Source of the DNA: a candidate division WOR-3 bacterium
Lineage (GTDB): Bacteria > Hydrothermota > Tepidihabitantia > SM23-42 > JAOAFX01
Direction of reading: 5' to 3'
Assembly (NCBI GenBank): GCA_039802265.1
Contig: JBDRWI010000050.1
Span: 1-16,413, forward strand
Length of the DNA: 16,413 nt
Positions 8,004 through 15,589 of this stretch are shown here, in pieces. Numbering within the stretch: position 1 is the first letter of the stretch; each line of letters opens with the position of its first letter. Under the pieces are notes generated by a model that saw only the letters and a program-made list of their open reading frames with translations, searched no databases and was not told where the DNA came from. The position numbers were made by a program, and so were the translations under genes.

Positions 8004-8910
8004 CCTGAGAGGTCTTGCAAAAAAGGCAAGGGAGCTATCGTATTCTTATCATGGAAGAAAGGTCACATTCTATATACCCGGAATGTTTTATTACAATGGT
8101 ACCCGAGGTGAATTTCCGGCAATATCGCTTACCGGGAAGACCTGCCAACTGAATTGCGACCACTGTCAGGGAAAACTTCTGGAATCTATGATTTCAGTGG
8201 GAAATCCTGAAGAGCTCCTGAAGGTGGCTCTATCGTTCAATAATAATGTCGCGGGATTCCTTTTAAGCGGTGGGTTCAATAAAGACCATACAATCCCTTT
8301 GGAAAGATTTCTACCGGCGATAAAAGAGATAAAAGAGAGAACCAAACTAAAAATAACCCTTCATTGTGGTATCTTGGACCAGAAGACCTGCAATATGCTC
8401 AAAGAGGTAGGAATAGACCAGGCACTCATCGATCTCATTGGCGCTGATGATACAATAAGAAATGTTTATAGAACTGATAAAAGAGTCAGTGATATTGTAG
8501 ATACAATAAAAAATTTATTATATGCTCAAATTCCGGTTATACCACATATTGTAATAGGAATAGATTATGGCAAGATTGTGGGTGAATATCGCGCGGTTGA
8601 AATGATAAAGGAATTCCCAGTTGGTAGGCTCGTCTTTGTTAGCCTAATGCCTCTGCCTGGCACACCAATGGAAGATATCAATACCCCGAGCGCAGAGGAC
8701 ATCGCAAGATTGATGGTCAATGCCCGATTGAAAATGCCTGCTGTTGTCATGGCATTAGGCTGCGCCCGGAAAAGGGGTTATAAGGATATAGACCTGTGGG
8801 CAATTGAATGTGGTGTGAATCGCATTGCCCTGCCAGCGGATGAAGCAGTAGTGAAGGCAAAGGAATATGGACTCTCTATTGAATGGCAGAAGACATGCTG
8901 TTCATTATAG
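7996..8910 (+). CDS. lipS1: Radical SAM lipoyl synthase subunit LipS1
   Basis: CxxxCxxC (CQLNCDHC), plus GCAR and C-terminal CC, which are the LipS1 signatures GC(M/A)R and CC described for Thermococcus LipS1. No LipA CX4CX5C motif. Confidence 0.85.
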   Translation: MDDLRGLAKKARELSYSYHGRKVTFYIPGMFYYNGTRGEFPAISLTGKTCQLNCDHCQGKLLESMISVGNPEELLKVALSFNNNVAGFLLSGGFNKDHTIPLERFLPAIKEIKERTKLKITLHCGILDQKTCNMLKEVGIDQALIDLIGADDTIRNVYRTDKRVSDIVDTIKNLLYAQIPVIPHIVIGIDYGKIVGEYRAVEMIKEFPVGRLVFVSLMPLPGTPMEDINTPSAEDIARLMVNARLKMPAVVMALGCARKRGYKDIDLWAIECGVNRIALPADEAVVKAKEYGLSIEWQKTCCSL

Positions 8911-9091
8911 AAAGACTTATGGTAACGCGAAAAAAAAGAAAAAAATTTTATAGAGTAGGACTTAATAGTCCTTCGATTAAATCAAGGAAATGCAGTTACA
9001 TCGCTTATGGTACCTAAAAATGCTACAAAATTTAATAAGATTATCCGCTCTCCACGGGGAGAGGATTTGATATATAGGGAGGATGGTGTCC

Positions 9092-10120
9092 ATGGAAAGT
9101 CCTGATTATGTTAGAATAAGTCAGGCCGCAGCAATGGTGCTGGGTTTCAAAAACGGTTTGTTTTATAGAAATGCTAAATCGCCCTGTATCAACCTTCTCA
9201 TCACCTATGATCACGGCTGTGCCGGTAATTGTGCGTATTGTGGACTATCTATGAAAAGGCCGGGCAAATACCGGGAAAAAAGTTTCATAAGGGTTGAATG
9301 GGATAATTATCCGCTCAATGAAGTCATACAGAGAATGAGACTAAAGAGTGATTACATTAAAAGGGTCTGTATTTCTATGATTACAAATCGCCGTGCGATA
9401 AATGATACAAAAAAGATAATTCAAATGCTCCATAATGAACTTCCTTATCCGATTTCAGTCCTGGCTGCCCCAACAATCCTCAAACGCGAGGACTTTTTTG
9501 AGATGAAAAAACTTGGTGCAGACCGCTTGGGGATTGCCGTTGATGCCTGCACCCCGCATTTGTTTGAGCAGTTCCGGGGGAAGGGAGTGGGTGGACCCCA
9601 TAAGTGGGAAACCTACTGGTCAGCACTCCGGCAGGCAGTCGTGGCTTTTGGTAAGGGCTATGTTGGCGTTCATCTAATCGTTGGACTGGGCGAGACAGAA
9701 AAAGAAATGGTTGAGACAATCCAGAAGGCACATAACGATGGAATTGAGACACATCTCTTCAGTTTTTTCCCGGAGCCTGACTCAATCCTTTCTAACCACA
9801 GTCCGCCCAACATCGGAGCCTACCGGAGGATTCAACTTGCGCGATATTTAATAAATAAAAATATCTGCACAGTCAGAGAAATTATATTTGATGAAAAGGA
9901 TAGAATTGCAGATTTTGATATTCCTGAATCGGAACTTGAAAGACAGATAAACTCAGGAAAACCTTTTATGACGAGCGGCTGTCCTGATACAGACGGAGAG
10001 GTGGCGTGCAATCGTCCTTATTCTGACTCTTTGCCGGGTGATGAAATAAGAAATTTTCCGTTTTTACCCAACGCGGATGATATCCAAAAAATCAAAAAAG
10101 AGTTAAGATTATATAGATAA
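9092..10120 (+). CDS. lipS2: Radical SAM lipoyl synthase subunit LipS2
   Basis: CAGNCAYC plus TSGCP-DTDGEVA-CNRP, the LipS2 signature TxGCPxC(N/D)RP with a longer spacer. GGAGG at 9078-9082 fits ATG 9092 better than 9083. Confidence 0.85.
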   Translation: MESPDYVRISQAAAMVLGFKNGLFYRNAKSPCINLLITYDHGCAGNCAYCGLSMKRPGKYREKSFIRVEWDNYPLNEVIQRMRLKSDYIKRVCISMITNRRAINDTKKIIQMLHNELPYPISVLAAPTILKREDFFEMKKLGADRLGIAVDACTPHLFEQFRGKGVGGPHKWETYWSALRQAVVAFGKGYVGVHLIVGLGETEKEMVETIQKAHNDGIETHLFSFFPEPDSILSNHSPPNIGAYRRIQLARYLINKNICTVREIIFDEKDRIADFDIPESELERQINSGKPFMTSGCPDTDGEVACNRPYSDSLPGDEIRNFPFLPNADDIQKIKKELRLYR

Positions 10121-10127
10121 CTGATAC

Positions 10128-10155
10128 TTGACTTGACCCCAAATTTTTATATAAT
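10128..10155 (+). promoter_or_regulatory. Sigma70-type promoter for tRNA-Asp
   Basis: TTGACT (10128-10133), 16 bp, TATAAT (10150-10155). Confidence 0.7.
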
Positions 10156-10185
10156 ATTGCCGGACCAAAATTCATTAAGGCAGAC

Positions 10186-10260
10186 GGGGTCGTAGTTCAG
10201 CTTGGTTAGAACGCCTGCCTGTCACGCAGGAGGTCGCGAGTTCAAATCTCGTCGGCCCCG
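10186..10260 (+). tRNA. tRNA-Asp (GTC), CCA not encoded
   Basis: Acceptor stem GGGGTCG/CGGCCCC + G73; anticodon arm CCTGC-CTGTCAC-GCAGG; T arm GCGAG-TTCAAAT-CTCGT. Confidence 0.97.
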
Positions 10261-10268
10261 TCCGTTAG

Positions 10269-11348
10269 TTATCTCCGTACCCCTGCCATCGTAAATATGC
10301 CAATCCCAATGAAAATAAAATTGGGTAGCCAGGCAGCCAGAAAAGGTTCCATTTCACCGGCATAGCCATAGGCACGGCATGATTGTATCAATCCCCAGTA
10401 AACAAATGCGATTACAATACTCATTCCCAGGCCAACGGCAATCCCGCCCCGACGCAGGACAACCGAAATGGGCAGGGCAATCAAAAGAAGAATTAGGGTA
10501 ATGACCGGAAAAGAAAAACGATAGTTCAATTCCACCTGTTCTTTTGCAACATTTTCACCTGCCCTCATTTTTCTCTTAACAAATTTTTGAATCTCAAGGA
10601 AGTTCATTTCTTCAACCGGCTTTATTCGACGTAGAAAGTCCTCCGGTTTTTCCGCAAGTTCCGGCAGGGGGTATTTATCGTAATTCGCAAGCGATTCGTT
10701 CCCCAATGTATCAAACTTGCGAATTGTAACATCCATAAACTCCCATACCCCTTGGTAGTGTGCAGAAACAGCATCAATCCTTTTTTCAATCCTCTGTTCT
10801 TTACCGAATTTCCAGAGGGTTACATTGGCCATTGTTGAATCACGGGCATTCAAATGTTTGATATAGTAGAGCCAATTGTCTTCACCATAGTAGAAGAAAT
10901 TGCGGCGCTGCTTCTCCACAGGCACTTGTCGGCGATCAATTTTCTCCATCTTATGACGATATAATTTCTCCTGCGCCCAGACCCCAATGGTTTCCTGAAA
11001 GACAAAGGTAAAAATAGAAATAAAAATACCAGCAATAATAATCAAAAAAAAGAGACTGTTAATATCCATACCATTGGATCTCAATGCCAACAATTCACGA
11101 TTTTTGGTCATATAGCCGAAGATAAAGAAGACCCCGATTATTGAGGCAATAGGAATTAAAAGAATGGTATAGGAGGGAGTAAGATATAGATAGTATACAA
11201 TAATATCCCAGAAGTGCACATTTTTTGATAGATAACTTCCAAGATTGTCAAAGAGATTGATGATGATATAAATAAATATCAGAACCAAGAGGGAAAGCAC
11301 AAAGTTTCTGAGATAATTACCCAATACATAGTGCTCAATGATCTTCAC
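10269..11348 (-). CDS. lptG: LPS export ABC transporter permease LptG (YjgP/YjgQ family)
   Basis: Three N-terminal TMs, NRELLALRSNG, periplasmic beta domain, PVEEMNFLEI, RFSFPV, three C-terminal TMs ending PFLAAWLPN. GTG start; follows lptF. Confidence 0.9.
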   Translation of the reverse strand: MKIIEHYVLGNYLRNFVLSLLVLIFIYIIINLFDNLGSYLSKNVHFWDIIVYYLYLTPSYTILLIPIASIIGVFFIFGYMTKNRELLALRSNGMDINSLFFLIIIAGIFISIFTFVFQETIGVWAQEKLYRHKMEKIDRRQVPVEKQRRNFFYYGEDNWLYYIKHLNARDSTMANVTLWKFGKEQRIEKRIDAVSAHYQGVWEFMDVTIRKFDTLGNESLANYDKYPLPELAEKPEDFLRRIKPVEEMNFLEIQKFVKRKMRAGENVAKEQVELNYRFSFPVITLILLLIALPISVVLRRGGIAVGLGMSIVIAFVYWGLIQSCRAYGYAGEMEPFLAAWLPNFIFIGIGIFTMAGVRR

Positions 11349-11361
11349 TTATTTTTCCTTT

Positions 11362-12624
11362 TTATCTTTCTCTTCCAATATTAAGGCTGGGGAAATTGAA
11401 TCTCAAATGTCCCTGTTCAGCAAGGATATATAGTATCAAACCAGGGACCACAAGAATAAAATTGGGTAGCCACATTCCTAAGAAAGGAGAGAACCCACGT
11501 TTGGCTGCAAACTCCTCACCGGTAAGTAAAAGGATGTAATAAAGCGAAAAGAGGATTATCCCTAAAAGTATTCCGGCAATCCCTCCCCTTTTGAAGAGAT
11601 ACCCGAGTGGTGCACCAATCAATAGAAAAACCAAAGAGATAAAGGCAAGGGAAAACTTTTTGTGAAACTCAACAAGATAACGAGAAAGATTCTGATTCTT
11701 GCTTTTGATGACGGAATTCTTCTGTTCAATGAGAAACCGGAGATTTGTAAGTTTCTGATGGTTGCCCACTAAAAAGTCATTTATTCCATCTCTGGCCATC
11801 TTGTTTATTTCTTCCTTCAGGCTATTTATTTCAAAAGTTATTTCTTTGATCCTTGCCATAAGCCTTTGCGCATCAAGTTCATCTTCACTTCTTGCCTTCC
11901 TCTCTCTTTTGATAAGTTCGGTATTCATTTTAATATTTAGCAACTGTCGGTCAAACCGTGTCTTCTGGTACTTGGTATTATCAATCAATTGATGGAGCTC
12001 GCCATTAAATAGAACAAACTGCATAATATCCTGTTCCTCAAGGTTATTTAAAATCCCTGTTGGTGCCGTGATGATTAAATTGTTTGCCAGGTCATAGATT
12101 GTAACATTAAATATCTGACCGGTGCGTTCATTCTTTTCGCCAATATAAATTGTATAGCCAGGGAATTCATTGGTAAATACTCCTTCACTTAAACGGACTG
12201 CCGGCCTTTTCCGTGCCACATCAAGCATCAAATTTCTTGCCCGATGATTTGCCTCGGGGAGTACGAAGTTATTGAAAAGTGTTAGGATAATCGTTATTAT
12301 AACAACAACAATGATAGGTGTCTTCATTATAGAAAAAAAAGAAAATCCGCTTACCTTTAATGCAAGAATTTCGTTGTCCTGACCGAATCTTCCAAAACTC
12401 ATCACTATAGCAACGAGAATTGCCATTGGTGTAGTATAAGAAACAATCAGAGGCAGGGTGTAGATAAGAATTTGACCAACAATGTCAAAGGATAAACCCT
12501 TACGAACAAAGAGGTCAATCAATCTGAATAGCTGGTCCATCAAGAGGATAAAGGTAAGGGCAAAGACAGAAAATAGAAAAGGGGGAATAAATTCTTTTAA
12601 AAAATACCGGTCAATAAGGCGCAT
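11362..12624 (-). CDS. lptF: LPS export ABC transporter permease LptF (YjgP/YjgQ family)
   Basis: MRLIDRYFLKEFIPPF, DNEILALKVSG, EGVFTNEFPG, VEFHKKFSLAF..LIGAPLG, GMWLPN. Confidence 0.9.
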   Translation of the reverse strand: MRLIDRYFLKEFIPPFLFSVFALTFILLMDQLFRLIDLFVRKGLSFDIVGQILIYTLPLIVSYTTPMAILVAIVMSFGRFGQDNEILALKVSGFSFFSIMKTPIIVVVIITIILTLFNNFVLPEANHRARNLMLDVARKRPAVRLSEGVFTNEFPGYTIYIGEKNERTGQIFNVTIYDLANNLIITAPTGILNNLEEQDIMQFVLFNGELHQLIDNTKYQKTRFDRQLLNIKMNTELIKRERKARSEDELDAQRLMARIKEITFEINSLKEEINKMARDGINDFLVGNHQKLTNLRFLIEQKNSVIKSKNQNLSRYLVEFHKKFSLAFISLVFLLIGAPLGYLFKRGGIAGILLGIILFSLYYILLLTGEEFAAKRGFSPFLGMWLPNFILVVPGLILYILAEQGHLRFNFPSLNIGRER

Positions 12625-13379
12625 TATTTTAGAAATCTCTTGTTCTTCATTCTATCAATTGCCTGCACAGCGCTGCTTATAGATACAGGTGCTTCTGGAT
12701 TCAATTCCGGTATCGGTTTAAGGATCTCCTGGTCAATCAGCCGCATATAGGGGAGGTAGAGATAGGAATTTGCTGGAATAGATTTTATGACGAAAAACTT
12801 CCTGGGATAGACCGGTGGAATCAGACGGTCTAAAATAGTAATAAAATTCGCCATAGTTATAGTATCTGAACCATAAAATTTCTGGTCTGGCGCACAGGTC
12901 AAATAACCTTTTGCGATGGTGTAACTGACTGGCTCCAAATCCGACCTTAGAGTTGTTGCTCCGGTAATAATCTCGGCGAGCAATGTGCGCGTCAATGGAA
13001 AATGGCAGTCAAGTCTTGAAAGAATTTCTGACTTCAAATTTAATAGCATTTTATATAATTCACTGAATTTACGACTCTGCCTGTAATATTGGAATAGATT
13101 CAAATAGACATTTTCGTCCGGGCTATCCTTTGATGCCAGTTCATTGAGGATTTTAATACATCTTTCAAATTTACCAAGGTGATAATAGCAGGAATAAAGA
13201 TAATAGAGCGTTGAATCTCCGGCTGGTGATTGATTATAAAATCTTTGAAAATACTCAGCCGCGCGCTCAAATTCTCCATTTTTATAGAATCTTATTCCCT
13301 CTTTGTAGTAATTGGGTTTAAAAAGAATGCAGGCAAAGAAGAACAGTATCAGGGGCCAAAGATGATGGCGACGCGGCAT
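12624..13379 (-). CDS. Putative lipoprotein with TPR repeats and SLH-like C-terminal motifs
   Basis: Lipobox-like LILFFFA-C; TPR-like helices (YYKEGIRFYKNGEFERAAEYF; LYYLYSCYYHLGKFERC); SLH-like GYL...DQKFYGSDTITMANFITILDR and LNPEAPVSISSA. Coupled to lptF by TAATG. Confidence 0.65.
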   Translation of the reverse strand: MPRRHHLWPLILFFFACILFKPNYYKEGIRFYKNGEFERAAEYFQRFYNQSPAGDSTLYYLYSCYYHLGKFERCIKILNELASKDSPDENVYLNLFQYYRQSRKFSELYKMLLNLKSEILSRLDCHFPLTRTLLAEIITGATTLRSDLEPVSYTIAKGYLTCAPDQKFYGSDTITMANFITILDRLIPPVYPRKFFVIKSIPANSYLYLPYMRLIDQEILKPIPELNPEAPVSISSAVQAIDRMKNKRFLK

Positions 13380-14065
13380 TCTTTGAGTAGATTCAAATTT
13401 TTCTTTGAACCATGTATCCTGCGGGCGTCATAAGAGGAAATCTGAATATCGTTATACTTCTGCCCCATGGTAGCAAGGGCACGGACTCTTAAAGGATTAT
13501 ATCCAGTTCTTGGATGATTATACAACTCTTCGGTTGTATATAAAACCAGCCCATTATCAACGAGCGAGCTTCGGCTGGCAAAGTTTACTGAATAGACCTC
13601 CTCCAATAATTCATTATAGATCTTTGGGAAGAGAGAGGGGTTGAATTTCAAGCCCCGGCAATCAATGATAATTCCTGTATATTCAATTGATTCAATCTCT
13701 TTTGGAACCAATTCCACACCCGGCGGGATTGGTTTATCCTTTGGCCATTCCTGACCACAGCAGGGACAGAGCATAGAAACAACAGGTTTTACCGAATTCT
13801 GTTCAGGAATGAGGAGGGTGATAATCCTGGAACCGAGTTTAAGGCGGAAGGAATATTCGGTATTCCCATCGGTCAGATAGTGTTGATTTACAATAATATC
13901 GGCATTGATTATCTCCTCAAGGCGCTGGCGGCGCTTTAAATCCATGGCTAAAAAGTCACCAACTGTTTGCCGGGCATCATATTGAATGGCGAAGAACTCC
14001 TTTTTGAGGCTATCCCGGGCATTTATTGAACCGGAGACTTTAAGTGTCATATCCTTCCAGTCCAT
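13349..14065 (-). CDS. LPP20-lipoprotein-like envelope protein (start uncertain: 14065 or leaderless 14200)
   Basis: YTGIIIDCRGL.FNPSLFPKIY...EVY and NPLRVRA...DIQIS..DA resemble the conserved C-terminal domain of proteins annotated as LPP20 family. The frame stays open upstream through tRNA-Gly to 14206. Confidence 0.65.
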   Translation of the reverse strand: MDWKDMTLKVSGSINARDSLKKEFFAIQYDARQTVGDFLAMDLKRRQRLEEIINADIIVNQHYLTDGNTEYSFRLKLGSRIITLLIPEQNSVKPVVSMLCPCCGQEWPKDKPIPPGVELVPKEIESIEYTGIIIDCRGLKFNPSLFPKIYNELLEEVYSVNFASRSSLVDNGLVLYTTEELYNHPRTGYNPLRVRALATMGQKYNDIQISSYDARRIHGSKKNLNLLKECRVAIIFGP

Positions 14066-14110
14066 CTCGGCATGGACAAAAAGATAAAATGCAAGAAAAA
14101 GAAAAGATAG

Positions 14111-14182
14111 AGCGGGCGACGGGATTTGAACCCGCGACCCTCGGCTTGGGAAGCCGATGCTCCACCGCTGAGCTACACCCGC
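14111..14182 (-). tRNA. tRNA-Gly (CCC), CCA not encoded
   Basis: Minus strand GCGGGTGTAGCTCAGCGGTGGAGCATCGGCTTCCCAAGCCGAGGGTCGCGGGTTCAAATCCCGTCGCCCGCT; anticodon arm TCGGC-TTCCCAA-GCCGA; U73. Confidence 0.96.
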
Positions 14183-14206
14183 AGATAGTTGATTTAACAT
14201 TATCAT

Positions 14207-14234
14207 ATTATATTCAAAATACCGATTATGTCAA
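14207..14234 (-). promoter_or_regulatory. Consensus sigma70 promoter for the tRNA-Gly...lptFG unit
   Basis: Minus strand TTGACA (14234-14229), 16 bp, TATAAT (14212-14207). Confidence 0.8.
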
Positions 14235-14453
14235 TCCCCACCTTGCCCGATACAAAAACTCCTGCCGCCGGTGATTAAGTAGCCAAGATATTCCATTGTA
14301 TAAAAGATTCGGAGAATTCCAATACCAATTATAAATCCGAAATTATAAATAAATAGGTACAGAACCAAACCCTATCCCATTTCCGAGTATAAGCCAATTG
14401 CCATAGCTTATTTTTCGGATTATCTTCTCAAGGAGGGCATTTAAATCGCATAG

Positions 14454-14481
14454 TTGACATTTGGCAAAATTTGAATATAAT
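14454..14481 (+). promoter_or_regulatory. Consensus sigma70 promoter for secG-rplU-rpmA
   Basis: TTGACA (14454-14459), 16 bp, TATAAT (14476-14481); AAGGAG RBS follows. Confidence 0.8.
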
Positions 14482-14506
14482 GAGGAAAGGTTAAGGAGAT
14501 ATAGCG

Positions 14507-14851
14507 ATGTATGGCATAATCTTGGTCTTCCATGTCCTTATCTGCATTCTATTGATTATCGTGGTCCTTCTGCAGCAAACAAGGGGTGCCGGAATGTCTA
14601 GTGTTTTTGGTGGTGGAGGTGGCAGTGAGTCAATATTTGGGGGTAAGGGGGCCACTCCATTCTTTATAAAATTGACCTCTGGACTGGCGATCGGCTTTTT
14701 TATTACCTCGCTCTCTCTTGTACTTCTTTCAAAAAGGCCCCTACCTAAGTCTGCGGTGGAAAGGAAGTTGCAGACTGAGATGCCCGTGTCTCCAGTACCG
14801 GCGATCCCTTCTGAAGAACCAAAGATTCCAAAAGAATCCGGGGGTGAATAG
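14507..14851 (+). CDS. secG: Preprotein translocase subunit SecG
   Basis: TM1 ending VVLLQQTRGAGMSSVFGGGG, Gly-rich loop, TM2 KLTSGLAIGFFITSLSL, Pro/Glu-rich tail. Confidence 0.93.
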   Translation: MYGIILVFHVLICILLIIVVLLQQTRGAGMSSVFGGGGGSESIFGGKGATPFFIKLTSGLAIGFFITSLSLVLLSKRPLPKSAVERKLQTEMPVSPVPAIPSEEPKIPKESGGE

Positions 14852-15168
14852 TGTTTGCGGTAATAAAGGCCAGCGGATTTCAGTATGTTGTCAAAAAGGG
14901 CGAAAGGATTATCATTCCTGCCATCTTGGGCACGCCCGGTAAGGAAATTGAGTTTGACCGTGTCCTGATGCTCAAGAGTGAAAAGGGGACGGAGATTGGC
15001 AAACCATATCTTAATGGGGTCAAGATTAAAGGGATAGTAAAAAGAACCGGGAGATTCCCCAAGGCAATTATTTATAAATTCATACGCCGGGAGAATTATC
15101 GTCGTAAAAAGGGGCATCGTCAGTCATTTACCGAGGTGGAGATAACCGATATTACGAAAGGGGGTTAA
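14851..15168 (+). CDS. rplU: 50S ribosomal protein L21 (bL21)
   Basis: MFAVIKASGFQYVVKKG...IGKPY...YRRKKGHRQSFTEVEI. The GTG start overlaps the secG stop (TAGTG). Confidence 0.96.
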   Translation: MFAVIKASGFQYVVKKGERIIIPAILGTPGKEIEFDRVLMLKSEKGTEIGKPYLNGVKIKGIVKRTGRFPKAIIYKFIRRENYRRKKGHRQSFTEVEITDITKGG

Positions 15169-15420
15169 ATGGCACGCAAAAAAGGTGCTGGTGTTGCAAA
15201 GAATGGAAGAGATTCCCCAGGCAAACGACTGGGTGTAAAAAGATTTGATGGCGAATTGGTAAATATTGGCACAATTCTTGTGCGACAACGGGGCACGACT
15301 ATCCACCCTGGACTGAACGTAGGATTGGCAAAGGACTATACCCTATATGCCCTTACGTCGGGCAGGGTAAAGTTTGGTTATCGACAGGGTGGTAAAAGAG
15401 TCGTTTCGGTTTTGCCCTGA
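15169..15420 (+). CDS. rpmA: 50S ribosomal protein L27 (bL27)
   Basis: [52 protein letters not shown]. Confidence 0.97.
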   Translation: MARKKGAGVAKNGRDSPGKRLGVKRFDGELVNIGTILVRQRGTTIHPGLNVGLAKDYTLYALTSGRVKFGYRQGGKRVVSVLP

Positions 15421-15421
15421 C

Positions 15422-15569
15422 CCTTTCAACGGCCGGTTCTGCTTCAAAACATAATAAACCATAATTTAATTCCTGCTGGTTGTTGCCACAGAACCTTCCT
15501 TAATTATAGCGGATTTATTAAGGCATTAGCAGGATTGGGATAACAGGTAAGTTGTCCTTTGTTGAGGGG
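15422..15569 (+). ncRNA. Candidate ~150-nt structured RNA (family unassigned)
   Basis: Nested pairings: CCTTTCAAC(15422-30)/GTTGAGGGG(15561-69), TCCTGCTGG(15471-79)/TTAGCAGGA(15526-34), CCTTAAT(15498-504)/ATTAAGG(15517-23). The G-U pairs favour the plus strand. Folded by hand only. Confidence 0.3.
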
Positions 15570-15589
15570 ATTTTAAAGGAGATAATAAT

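Noticed and set aside
7996..10120. Biotin synthase (bioB) or LipA annotation for the radical SAM genes
   Set aside because: The LipA CX4CX5C motif is absent. The GCAR/CC and TxGCP..CNRP motifs and the ligase context fit LipS1/S2.
10186..14182. Integrated element bounded by the two tRNAs
   Set aside because: No integrase or duplicated tRNA 3' end was seen, and the enclosed genes include core lptF/lptG.
14491..15117. 208-aa minus-strand ORF
   Set aside because: Antisense shadow of the clearly identified secG and rplU.
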